DNA of 63,117 nt, filler included, from Choristocarpus tenellus KU-1152 (taxonomy: Eukaryota > Protista > Phaeophyceae), in NCBI GenBank assembly GCA_964200185.2. It is 11 parts of 11 records of this genome, joined end to end, with 100 filler letters (N's around TTAATTAATTAA, not from the genome) between each part and the next. Parts side by side here need not be neighbours in the genome. Positions count along the whole stretch, not along the records: positions 17,609 to 26,319 come from CAXNAD020004419.1; positions 26,420 to 29,976 come from CAXNAD020019287.1; positions 30,077 to 41,967 come from CAXNAD020002078.1; 8 more parts are not named here. One strand, given 5' to 3'. The translations under genes were made by a program, and so were the position numbers. The notes under the pieces are model-generated. The model made no database searches. It was not told the origin of the DNA and saw nothing but the letters and a program-made list of their open reading frames with translations. Shown here in pieces: positions 25,384 to 36,800 of this stretch (the first letter of the stretch is position 1; each line of letters starts with the position of its first letter).

Positions 25384-25472
25384 GGCGTCCTTGTGGCTCA
25401 GTGGTTAGGGAGGCTATTTTGTGGTTGGATTTTCTGCATTTGAACCCCATTGATGCCAGACAGACTTCTTAC
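25384..25472 (+). ncRNA. Degenerate tRNA-derived (SINE-like) head
   Basis: A-box TGGCTCAGTGG, degenerate B-box (catttgaaccc), followed by agacttctt as in the 59455 copy. Confidence 0.4.
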
Positions 25473-26419
25473 TCGCGGAGAATTTCTTTCAATGATCCAC
25501 TTTCATGTGGCATGCAGAATATATATATGTGTACCACCATTACTATACTGTCTGTTGCTATATCACAACAATACTGGACGAAGTTGTTGATATATTTGGT
25601 CAGTTCTGTATGAAACTGGTTATAGAATGATGTCAAAGGAAGGAGCAGTCAGAAATGAGTAACACAGATAACACATTAAAGACGACACTAATGGGGCGGG
25701 AGAGGGCATTGGAAATGATACAGTCCTACACTGCTGTATGTATGGATGTCTGTTCCTGAGGATCCTGATGTCTGTTTTGCATTTTTCCAAATATTTTGTA
25801 GTTTATGGTGAGCATGTATCAGGTTCTGTCTATGTGAGGGGGGTGATGTGAACCCCAAATGGGTGCATTTGAAGCCCTCTTTCTTACCCTCCGCAATAAT
25901 ACACCCTGTTTCATTGCTCTATGTGCACAATAGTGTATGCAGTATTTTTATTCCACTCTGTCTACACGCAAAGTGACACAACAATTCAGCACAGACTCTG
26001 TAATAGTACAAAATGGCATGCTTTTCCCGTTTCTCGGGATCCTTGAAATGTAACCCTGCCTTCCTCTTGGTTTGACTCAGAGCTGGTACTGGTAACATGA
26101 AGACAGGTTGATGGACGGACATCAAATACTTGGTTTGTGTGTGTAGTTATGTTAGAAACGTATATACGTGAGAGAGTCTAGATTTCCTTGATTTTATAGG
26201 AGGGCACGTACGTGAGAGAGCAGATAGTGGTAATGTATACAGAGGATGTACGTAATTAACAGTGGATTCGCAAAATTGAGGATGGAGCGGGACTATGAGG
26301 ATGGTTGTTTTGCGAAAACNNNNNNNNNNNNNNNNNNNNNNNNNNNNNNNNNNNNNNNNNNNNTTAATTAATTAANNNNNNNNNNNNNNNNNNNNNNNNN
26401 NNNNNNNNNNNNNNNNNNN

Positions 26420-29080
26420 TCGGGAACCTCCACCCGCCCCCCCACCCCCATTCCCTGCTCCCACCCCTCCGACCCCATTGCCCCCAAGGTTGAATCCACC
26501 CCCACCTCCTCCGCCATTGTTATGGTGATTTCCTTGGTGACCAATGGTAGGCAATCCCTTTGCATTGAGCCCAGTTTCCGAGGAGGAATGGTGTGCATTC
26601 TGCCAGAGTGGGGGAGGAGTGCTAATTTGGATTGAACAATTGCAGTGCAGATGGTGACCAATACGCTGGTGCCTGATTTTATCATTGTACCCAATGGTTA
26701 TTCATTTATTCGGCATGGGATGCTTCAGTAGGACAAAGTCTCAATAAAATGTACTCTGAGACATACCTGCCCCGTGGGGCGCCCAGCACCTGCCACTGAC
26801 CCACCCTCTTCCCCACCTTCCTCGCCGGTAGTCCCATGTCCTAACTTGGTGCTGGGCTCTATCTGTGCTAGGAGCAAGCACAAAAAAAATGGGAGGTACA
26901 ACAGTATGAGAGCGGTAGAGGAGAAGTTACGTAAGCTGATTTTCGGGTATCTCACAAAGAGTAGTGGGTTGGGGGGGGTTTTGTTGACCACTCGTCAATC
27001 GTTGATCATGACAATGCACCCGCTTTTGAGAAACCCGACTATTTACTTCCTCTGTGTTAGCGTCACTTGCACTGATGGTGTAGGCAATACTAAGGAGTCT
27101 GCAAATGCAAAGAGTAAAAGTATCTTAGAGGATACAAATTTAGCCCTCTATGTCCGTTTGGGGCTTGACTTCCCACAGTTTTTTTTAATAATATTTTTCT
27201 GCTCCGAAATTTCGGAGTAGTTAAAATGTATACGTTATGAAAAGATGTGTCTGGAACAAGGATACTAACACTTCCAAACTAACACAATAGCCAAAATTAC
27301 ATCAATATCGCAACATTGAATTTTGGTCCCCAAACGGATATAGCTCTATCTACTCTCTAAGATAATTTGACCTGAACTAATCCTGAATATATGTACACAA
27401 TTTCTTAGTGTTGATATAGCCATCGTCCTGACATGGACACACACACATCTATCTATATATATATACCTCACTTGAGTTCTTGTTCTTAGTATCCTTTACA
27501 ATGCACCCACCACTGGAGAGCACTAGAGTCGACGTAAGTGAGAGGTAGCCAGTTCTTTCAATCTTGTGCAATTCACTCATATTTCTATGGGTGAAGTGCT
27601 AAGTTTGACTTGAGACCATTGATTTCTTTTTTGTTTGAATATTTTGGGACTAAATTTAGAAAAGATCCTACATGCAATTGAAAAAAAGGCCTAATTTTGG
27701 ACGTATTCATTTGTCAGTATCCCTAAAATGCAACTGGTTACCTCTTGCTTGCTTTGACTCATAGTAATATACTCCGGAGTAGTAGTATATGGGATTGTGT
27801 CATGCTTGATATGTGGAATGAACAGATAAACAACAATAGATATGATACAAAGCATTTAAGAGGGGTAGGAGTTTACTCCTGTGTGCCCATTTGGGGTTTG
27901 GCTTCCCACGTTTTTTTTAATGACCTTTTTCGTTTTCCTGTATGAACACAGCTACCTGAAATGTATACAACTATGAAAAGGTGTGTCCGTAGCAAGGACG
28001 TTAACGCTTGCTAACAAACACGATAGCCAAAATTACATCAAAATCGCAACATTGGATTGATGACCCCGAACAGGCCCGATCCTACCCTCTTAAATGCTTC
28101 GGGTCTACATATATTTTTTTTAGGGGGGGCAAGCGTCTACCTTTCGAATGTCAACCTCCCGGATATCTCTGAAGTAAGGATGTCGCAATGATTCACGGGC
28201 AGTCATGCGCTCAGACCAGTCGTATCGTAGCAGCTGAGGTGTGAAAGTTTCCGTGGCAGTATGGAATGTAGAAGTTAGGCCATTGCTTGAGGAGGGATTG
28301 TGTAGAGTGCGGATTCAGGGTTCTTGAAGGTGAGAATATGAAGAGACTCTTGTGTGAAGAGTTAGGACTGAGCGAAAGTATCTTAGAGGGTACGAGTTTT
28401 GCCCTGTTTGTTCATTTGGGACTTGGCTTCCCATAGTTTTTTTAATGATATTTTCCTACTCCAAAACGTTTCGGAGTAGGTAAAATGTATACGCTATGAA
28501 AGGGTGTGTCCAGAACAAGGATATTTGACACTTCCTAACAAACACGATGGCAAAATATTACATCAAAATCGCAACGTTGGATTTTGGCGCCCAAATGGAC
28601 GCGGTTCTACCCTAACCCTAAGATACTTTGGCTCGACCTCCAATGTGTACACTGCTGGAGCGTACAGACGAAGAACACACATTGTAGATTGTTTGAAAGT
28701 AAAATTCGGGGATAGTGCCAGTCAAACGCAGGTGCATTAACCTCGTGCAGAATCGGAAGGAGGAGGACCTGTGTTAAAAACAACACCAACAAGACACGAA
28801 CAAAACACAAAAAACATAGCTATCTATTTCAGGGTGTGCCACCACTACTATAACCAAAATATTTGCAAGGACTCCCTCTCAAAATCCCATGCCCGATACG
28901 CAGAATAGGTCTGGAGGACTCCGCCCTTGCCTTGGTGATGAGATCCACGCACTCTGGGGATGTGTGTGGGATGAGTTGTGCAATACCTATCCCCTTCTGG
29001 AAGGTGAAATTGAAGTCCACGTGCGCAGCGCCATTTCGTTTGAATTTTCCCAGGGTATCATCGTTGGGAGTGCCGAGAAC
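26420..29080 (-). CDS. MOK: MOK/RAGE-like Ser/Thr kinase, 3' part; exons 29080-28931 and 28233-28141, probable 26862-26767 and ~26599-26420
   Basis: VLGTPNDDTLGKFKRNGAAHVDFNFTFQKGIGIAQLIPHTSPECVDLITK|LLRYDWSERMTARESLRHPYF: CMGC subdomains X-XI with the MOK-type 'FNF...KG.GI..LIPH' segment; low-complexity C-terminal tail. Confidence 0.8.
27112..27372 (-). mobile_element. MITE family A copy
   Basis: gagtaaaagtatcttagaggata ... tactctctaagataatttgacc; reverse match to 44023-44287. Confidence 0.85.
27526..27760 (+). mobile_element. MITE family C copy
   Basis: TIRs gagtcgacgtaagtgagaggtagccag ... ctggttacctcttgcttgctttgactc; internal match to 32526-32738 and 29225-29679. Confidence 0.75.
27844..28105 (-). 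mobile_element. MITE family A variant with co-varied TIRs
   Basis: Internal sequence is family A; ends aagcatttaagaggggtagg ... cctaccctcttaaatgcttc. Confidence 0.8.
28370..28634 (-). mobile_element. MITE family A copy
   Basis: gact|gagcgaaagtatcttagagggta ... ccctaagatactttggctc|gacc (4-bp TSD, one mismatch). Confidence 0.9.
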
Positions 29081-29224
29081 CTTGTGGGGATAGGTCACAG
29101 TGCGCATGGAAAGAAGGCGGCAGCATTAGGGAGGTGGGATTTAGAGAGGTTGAGGAAGTGTGAGGGGAAGTGAGGGAGGGAGGGAGGGAGGGAGGAAGGG
29201 AGGAAGGAAAGGAGGGAGAAAATA

Positions 29225-29679
29225 TTGTAGTTCACCCATATTTTTCTTATTTCTATGGATCGAGTGTTAAATTTGACTCAAGAGGGTTGATTTCCTCTAT
29301 TGTTCAACTATTTTTTTTGTCAGGACCAAGAAAGTGTCCCGTGAGCCAAAGTGTCTTAGAGGGTAGAACCGCGTCCATTTGGGGGCCAAAATCTAATGTT
29401 GCGATTTTGATGAAATTTTGACTGTCGTGTTTGTTAGGAAGTGTCAAATATCCTTGTTCCAGACACACCTTTTCATAACCTACCCCAAAATATTTTGGAG
29501 TAGGAAAATGTCATAAAAACCCTGTGGGAAGCCAAGCCCCAAATGGATAAACAGGGCAAAACTCATACCCTCTAAGGTACTTTATCTCCTGTACACATTT
29601 GAAATAATCGCGGAATTTTGCACAAATTTGCCGGCATCCTTGGAATACAACTCTGGGTACCTCTTGTTTACTTCAGCCC
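29225..29679 (+). mobile_element. MITE family C copy interrupted by a family A MITE
   Basis: Flanks of 29343-29588 join to match 27570-27760; right TIR ctgggtacctcttgtttacttcagccc. Confidence 0.7.
29343..29588 (+). mobile_element. MITE family A copy
   Basis: ccgt|gagccaaagtgtcttagagggta ... taccctctaaggtactttatctc|ctgt. Confidence 0.9.
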
Positions 29680-29768
29680 TCCATGGTCTATCCACCAAAC
29701 TAAAGGAATCAACCATCGAAAGGAAACCATAGTTACCAAGCTAGATTCTAACACTGAAAAAGAGCTAA

Positions 29769-29940
29769 AGCCCAAAGTATCTGGGGGGGGGGGCAGCTGT
29801 CCGTTCGGGTCAATTTTTTCATGTCGCGATTTTTGGGTGATTTGGTTGGATACGTCGGATGGATAATGTTAGTGCACTTTTCCTGGGCATGGCCCAAATG
29901 GACAACCTGGTGTAGACACACCGCACGACCCTCCTCCAAC
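29769..29940 (+). mobile_element. MITE family B copy (right end degraded)
   Basis: gcccaaagtatctgggggg...gctgtcc...atgtcgcgatttttgggtgatttggtt matches 62774-62953. Confidence 0.8.
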
Positions 29941-30118
29941 AAGCCTGACCCCCCCGACCAGCTTCCATAACTCCGANNNNNNNNNNNNNNNNNNNNNNNN
30001 NNNNNNNNNNNNNNNNNNNNTTAATTAATTAANNNNNNNNNNNNNNNNNNNNNNNNNNNNNNNNNNNNNNNNNNNNGTGTCAACGGGTGTGAAGTTAAAA
30101 AAGAAGCACCTGCTGACC

Positions 30119-30150
<32 letters not shown>

Positions 30151-30224
30151 AGATACTTCGACCCTTATGAAGTGATCTGAGTTTGTGGACGGAAGAATTC
30201 TGGTGGTAATGTGATACAGGGGAG

Positions 30225-30870
30225 GGAGAGGTGAGGAAGGAAAAAGAAAAAGTAGGCAAGGAGTGAACGAAGAGTTAAGTACTGATTGATTAGGAGGCAG
30301 AAGAGGCAGGAGAGAAGTTAACGAAGTGGTTGGTAGGTGGAGGCACAAGGTAGGAAGGAATGTAAAGGAAACTGAGGACTGGAGGTACAAGACGACAAGG
30401 GGCTAGAACAAGACAACCTCCGGCAAGCTTTCCCGCTCACCCACCCTGTCGCTTACACACGACCGACTGGAATGCCGGGTAAAGGGAGGGGAGGTCAAGT
30501 TCAGGCGGGGGGGGCTAGATAGATGTCTTCTAGTTCAAAGGTGCGGTATGAACTGGATGATGAAGGGGTGTCCTTGTATAAGTGTGGAGTGGTCTTGAGT
30601 GGTGTGGGGTTGAGTGGGGTTGAAGGGTGGTGTGGTGACTAGAAATCAGTGGCGAAGGGGGTTCACACTGGTTGGTCATCACAAAGGGGGGGTGACTGGA
30701 AATCAGTGGCGAAGGGAGGGTTCTCGCTCTGGTTGGTCATCAGAGGTGGGCGGTGGCTGGAAATCAATTGCTAAAGGGGTTCGCATTGGTTGGTCATCAC
30801 AGCGGGGGGAGGTGACTGAAAAATCAATTGCGAAAGGGGTTCGCACTGGTTGGTCACAAGTGGTGGTACA
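30225..30870 (-). repeat. Dispersed element with internal ~57-60-bp tandem repeats (second copy 53630-54184)
   Basis: Shared caacctcc..caagct..ccacccaccctgtcgct...ggggaggtcaagtt block followed by repeats of aaatcagtggcgaagggg.ttcgcactggttggtcatc. Confidence 0.8.
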
Positions 30871-32303
30871 ATCGGGAGGAGGGAAATGGGTGGAATGCAA
30901 ACATAGAATAAAATAATAATAATCCAGAATTCGTGAGCAAAACAAAATGGCGTCTGCATTAGCATACATATGTCTTGTGCCTCGATCATTACAACTTATA
31001 ATTTTCTTCATTTGCCCTCTTCATCACCATGCTACAAAATCGTTGGCACTCCAATAATCAGGGGTATCACAGATCAAAAGGTCTGCTACACCTTTTCCTA
31101 CAGCTGTGCCGACCTGGCCATCACACACAATCTGACCGCCCTTTAACAATGTAGGCCAAAAATCTATCATAGGGGTCTCATGCCAAATTATTGTGTTTTG
31201 TCTTGCGGCGTATATGACCTTACTCGAGAGCGCTTGGTTATTCTTGAAATTTGTACTACTACAAAGTGTTTACCTATGCTTTGTCTGTTCCATACATAGG
31301 TGTGGGCTGTTACGCCTTAGGTCTTCAAGATGACCTTTGATTATAAAAAGGACTTTTGCGTATCACTTGAACTGGATGATACCTCGTTTTTGTTGAAGTT
31401 CTCTGTGGGTGCACGGTGGTAAGGACTCCCTTTCATTGGACCTCATGGAAATCGTCTGGGGTTGGAACTGTGAGATTCAAGGGACCGAGGTCGTAGTATG
31501 GTCTGCACTCCATTTGTGTTGCTGTGCCTTAGCACACTAGGCATACTATGCCTGGGTAGAAGAGGTGGACAGAGACGAGTTATCTCTGTGCCTGCTCGTA
31601 TACAAAATTTGATGATCAAACCTGAAAACTTACACAATGCATAGCTGTGGGCTATGTACATCATGACCTTTAGCTTGAAAGTTTCCACAAACAGGGAGTT
31701 CAAACTTTGTAATCAGAGCACAACAGACCAGGGGCCTGTCAGATACACGAAAACAAAGCACAATATGGGCTAGCCATCCCGTCAATATTTTAAAACAAGA
31801 TCTTGCCAAGTGAGAGGCTTAGACTTAGGGATAAGGGTACAATGGACGAAGGAGGGTGTCCGACAATAAACACAAATACCCACAATTCCACATCTAGTTG
31901 TATGTAGCAACTATTATCTTACTAATCCCCAAGTTTCTCACCCAGAGAAGGAGCAGAAAAGTGCAGAATAGAGCCATCAGTACAACCTTTTGATATTACT
32001 TGCCTAAAATTTCGTGGTTTGAATCCCTTCGAGGCCATGCGATTTTTCATGGACAGGATTTGTATTATGTGTGACGGTAGATTTTTTTTTTGCATTTTGC
32101 TATTTTCTACACGAATTTCGTAGATTCGAACCCCCTTAGTGCCATACAGATACGTTGGTGTTGAGGTGTTGTGTACGGGGACTGAAACTGAGATACATCA
32201 GAGCAGCATTGTGTTTATTTCTTGTTGGTGACTAAATTTGCAACTCTATTGTGACTCCTTGAAGTAGATGCAGAGTATTTTCAAAGGGATTCACTTCTCT
32301 GTT

Positions 32304-32477
32304 GGCTCAAATTATCTAGGAGGGCGTGGCGGCTGTCCATTTGGGGCCAACTTTTTAATGTCGCGATTTTTGGGTGATTTGGTTCCGTACGTTGGATGGA
32401 TAATGAAAGTTCACTTTTCCTGGTTTTGTCCAAATTGACACTCTGGTGTAGACCTCCCCCCCCTGATACTATGGGTC
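32304..32477 (+). mobile_element. MITE family B copy
   Basis: tgtt|ggctcaaattatctagg ... ccctgatactatgggtc|tgtt; exact 4-bp TSD. Confidence 0.88.
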
Positions 32478-32525
32478 TGTTCTGGGAAGTCTTGGCATCA
32501 ACTCGTACTCTTCTGTGTCATTAGT

Positions 32526-32738
32526 GAGCCAAAGTAAAGGAGAGGTAACCAGGTTTTGATCATTTTGCATTATATGCCACTTATTTGATCTTTGGTTACT
32601 CGCCAATAATTTCTATGGATGAAGGACTAAAATTGATTTGAGAATGTTGATTTCTCTATTATTTGAAAGTATTTGACAGAACATGTTTGTCACCATCTTA
32701 AGAATGTAACCCTGGGTACCTCTTGCTTACTTCGACTC
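32526..32738 (+). mobile_element. MITE family C copy
   Basis: gagccaaagtaaaggagaggtaaccagg ... cctgggtacctcttgcttacttcgactc inverted termini; agt on both flanks. Confidence 0.78.
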
Positions 32739-33873
32739 AGTGCGAAGTAGCTGCTGTGCTCAGTGCATGCTGGTGCAAGTCTGTGTGAATGTGTCAGCTA
32801 AAGTCTACCCTCATGGGGATCTGAACGGAGCAGGCCTTGATGTCGTGTCGTTCAGATGGAAGTGATTGAACGGAGGTTAGGTTGTTGAAGACATCGTAGG
32901 AATTTTTGTGTTCATTATATTGCATCACTAAACAATTATAATGTGGATGGATGATAGTGGGTCATGTCCTTAGCCATAGTATCTCTTTAGTATACCATGT
33001 GCATGAGTGGTGATGACAGACAGTACGAAGGTGCCTAGACCTACGGTTTGCAGCTGAATTGAGAGATGAGTTTTGTTATGCTTGTGTGTTTTTCACAATC
33101 AAATATATATATATATATATATATATAAATTTGTACTCTTCGAGGTACAACATTCAATTCCACAAGGGTCACTCACAATCAAGGATAAGACTTTAATCCA
33201 TTATGCATGCACTACCATGTGATATTTTCTTGTATCTTGAACACAATCCATTTGCATAAGAGATTATGTGGTGTACTTCAAAGAAGGGAATGTCACACAT
33301 GCTCATGTGTGTAAGCTTCATCTGCAAGACTGAAAAATGTAACTACTCACTGCAAAACGAATTGTGGCACATTGGAACTCTAAATGGTGCTTTGTTGGGT
33401 TGAAAAATGCAGATCCAAATATGTTAGGAGTCCATTGGTTGATTGATATCCTGTCCTGTGTGTGTGTCAATCTAATGGAAAGATATTGCTTTAGGCACTG
33501 CAAAAAAACACCCTAGCCAGCACTTAGTCCTTTTATACTATGCCTCTCAGTATTTAGATATGACTATACTGACAGCATGAAGTGAAACTTGAGAATGCTG
33601 TCCCTTCTTTGCCCTGCAAGATTCGCGCAAAATTCTTCGAGCACTGGACAAGCAACATTAATAAAATCTTTAAGTACTATCGGAAATATATACTCCAAAC
33701 TGCTTGGTGCTAATCAAATGAGGCTAATAATACATCACTAGTGCCTTTGATCAGCACTTCGGAATGGTGAATTCGGCATTGCACTTTACTTACCACACTG
33801 CCAGTATGTGAAACCATGCTCGATACATCTGACCAAATTTCGATCTTTCAAACACAACTCAAGCAAGTAGTTG

Positions 33874-36800
33874 TTATGATTCCCCCCGTATCCACATTAA
33901 AGAACGCAGGCATGGAAGATCCAGTCCTGTAGCATGCAAGCACACTTCCACTCCCTCAGGGAGCCCCGAGACAGGCACCAGGGTCAACCCTGGGCGCTCA
34001 CGTGTTCGCCCTGCAAGGGCCAGCAGGACGGCAGATCGTAGAGCCTCTCCCTCAGCCCCAATCCTTGGACCACTCCTGACACAGCATTCCTGGGTATCAC
34101 CTCTCCTCTCGTTTTGCCATGGCCTCACCCCCTGGTTCTCTGATTGTGCTCTCCTGAATGTCAAGGTTGACGTTTCGTCATAGTGGTATACCCGCAGGTG
34201 GGCTACGTCCTGCCACTTCAACCGTGCAGCTAGCAACGCCTCCTCAAGACTTCCCAGGAGCTCCTTGCACGCACATTCCAGTTGAGTCGTTGATAGCGAC
34301 CACTTGGCATGTGGTGCCACTGCCACTGCTGCACCAGGAGCAGTGGCCCTATAGTCAGAGTCAGACACGCTACAGCTGTGGCTTTCATCAACAGCCATGC
34401 CTTCAAGAGCAACAGTTCTGGACTTGGTCTCATCAACACCGCTCACTACATTTTCCACTCCTCCAGATGCAGTCAAAGGTTCTCTCCCGAAGCTTAAGCT
34501 TAGTGAGCAGAGCGCTACACACAACACTCTATCCACTAGGGTTGCCTCCACTTCAACACTAGCTGTGGAGATGCTGCCTCCCAACCTCATGTTGCTATTG
34601 CCCCCTTCACCTTTACCCCAGAGACGACCTGCCCCACTCAGGGGTTGAGAGGGGGAGGCTCTCAGGGCAAACGGAGTTGGTAGAGGGCATCCCAGGCTAG
34701 GCCTGGGAGAAATGTTGGTGAGAACAGCTTTGTTGATGCTGTGGTGATAGGTGCATGGAAGGAGCGACTGTGCCCCTTGAGTCACACAGAGCACCTTTTC
34801 ACCAAAAGCGGTCATAGGAGAGGGGAATAAGGATTAAGATGTGTGATGACAGAGAATGAGAAGAAAAAGCACTTCATATCTGTTGTACAATGGTGAATAC
34901 ATACATGTAGAATTGCAGGCTCTGTATTCAGCAGAGGTGTAAGTATATAGTTGAGTCAGGGGAAAGGAGACTTTCTTCAAAATTAGGGGAGGGGGGCGCA
35001 GGGGGCGTCAGAGACAAGACCATCTCTCGTTGAAGCAGTGTATCACCCTGACTGATGAAATGAATTGTTGGGTTGATGGTGTGAAGTTACGCTACAAGCC
35101 CCTTTCCATTCTCTAATCATGGCTCCGTTGAGAGAGCACTGTGCACCAAAGTAAGACGTGTCTCCTCAATTGCAGTACTTCCAGGGACAAATGCACCATC
35201 AAAAAGTAGCAATGCCATCACAAAGGACTCATAACTGTGCAATTTCTATCCTTCTGGAATACACTGTTACGGCAAAGAGTCAGACCGTCCTCTGTCCAAG
35301 AGCACAAAACATGCCCAAACAGAGACAGCTAGATCAATCAAGATCTATCACTCGCATGTATAATTGTTGCAGTCAAACATGTAGCCCCAGAAGTGAACGG
35401 GTCATGCAAAAACAACACATTGAGAATTGCACTGTTAGGGGGAAAATACTCCATCTCAACCAGGCAATATGGTCAACAACGAATGTACGAACCTGAGCAC
35501 AAAAGCGACATCCCGATAAAAAAGAGTCCACCCTCCGTTAGCTTTCTATCTAGTCAACGAAATTTATCCTATGGTTTGGAGCCTGAATTCAGATCGAGTT
35601 CGTCATGATACAATAGCATGTTTTTTCATTACAACTTTTCCTTTGTAACTAGACCGAGAAAATCCAACACAAATTGTTTGTGAGGATGACTGAAGGTAAT
35701 TTTGCTAGTTTTGATGCGATAAACTAGACTACATATAAATCTCCGTTTCCAGACCAGTAAAAAAAAACTACATTTTCAAGATGCCACTGTCTTTCATCTA
35801 TTGGAGAGTCTCAACCAAAAGAGTCCCAAAGTTACGCTCTTAATGATACTTCTGAAGCGCTCTGTAGTGATTCAAACCCTCCATTTTGTACTCTGTAGCT
35901 TGCAGCATTGACTCTGTGCCGTCCACCCTGCATGCATGCAGCTATGGTTCATCCAGGACAATATTGTCAACTACTCACTACCCTCCAATACATGCATTCC
36001 TTGGGATAAGTGTCACTATACCCACATCAACCAAAGTGTCACTGCAAAGCTTGGTTCAATTCTGATACACATTCTGGTGGACTCGGGGAACAATTACAAT
36101 TACTCCCCCCAAATGTTCTGGGAATAATTTTTCAAGACCAAATTTGGGATCCTCTTACTGAGGCGAGTCAGTCAGCCAAAACTCCAAGTTCCAAAATTTA
36201 TGAACTTCGATTAACAGTACAACCCATAACAAGAGTCATTCAAAGCACTTTGCAAGACTCCTCTACCACACACGCTTGGCATTCGTTTGTTGCATGGATC
36301 ACGCACACACTTGATGAATCCTTCCTTTCCAAAACTTTGAACAAACGACATTCTATTTTCTCAAGCAGCAATACAAAAAAGATGCGCAGAAAAATATGGA
36401 AACTACATAATCTTGTGAACAAGTTCAAGAGGCGCTACGGTATCAATGTGTGCAGTTTGATAGATTCTTAATTGGTATCTTGGTATCCTGGAAGGATCGA
36501 TATTCTACAAGGAGTAAAGTCTAAATTGTTATTCAGACTCTTATTTTTTGCTTCTAGAAATATAGGCAACTAATTGCCTCCACACCTAAAAAAACTTACT
36601 AAGCAACTTTCCACCCACCTCAGTCAACTCGACTTCCTACACTGTGAAGGGTCATCGTGTGAGTCTCAGGGTATTGTCTCTATACTCCTCTCTGGTGTAA
36701 ATACCATACACGGAATCAACAAAAACCGATACAAGTTGAAGGCTAGGACCAGCAGGCAAGAACAAACAACAACAATGAATGCATGTATGTATATCTCCTT

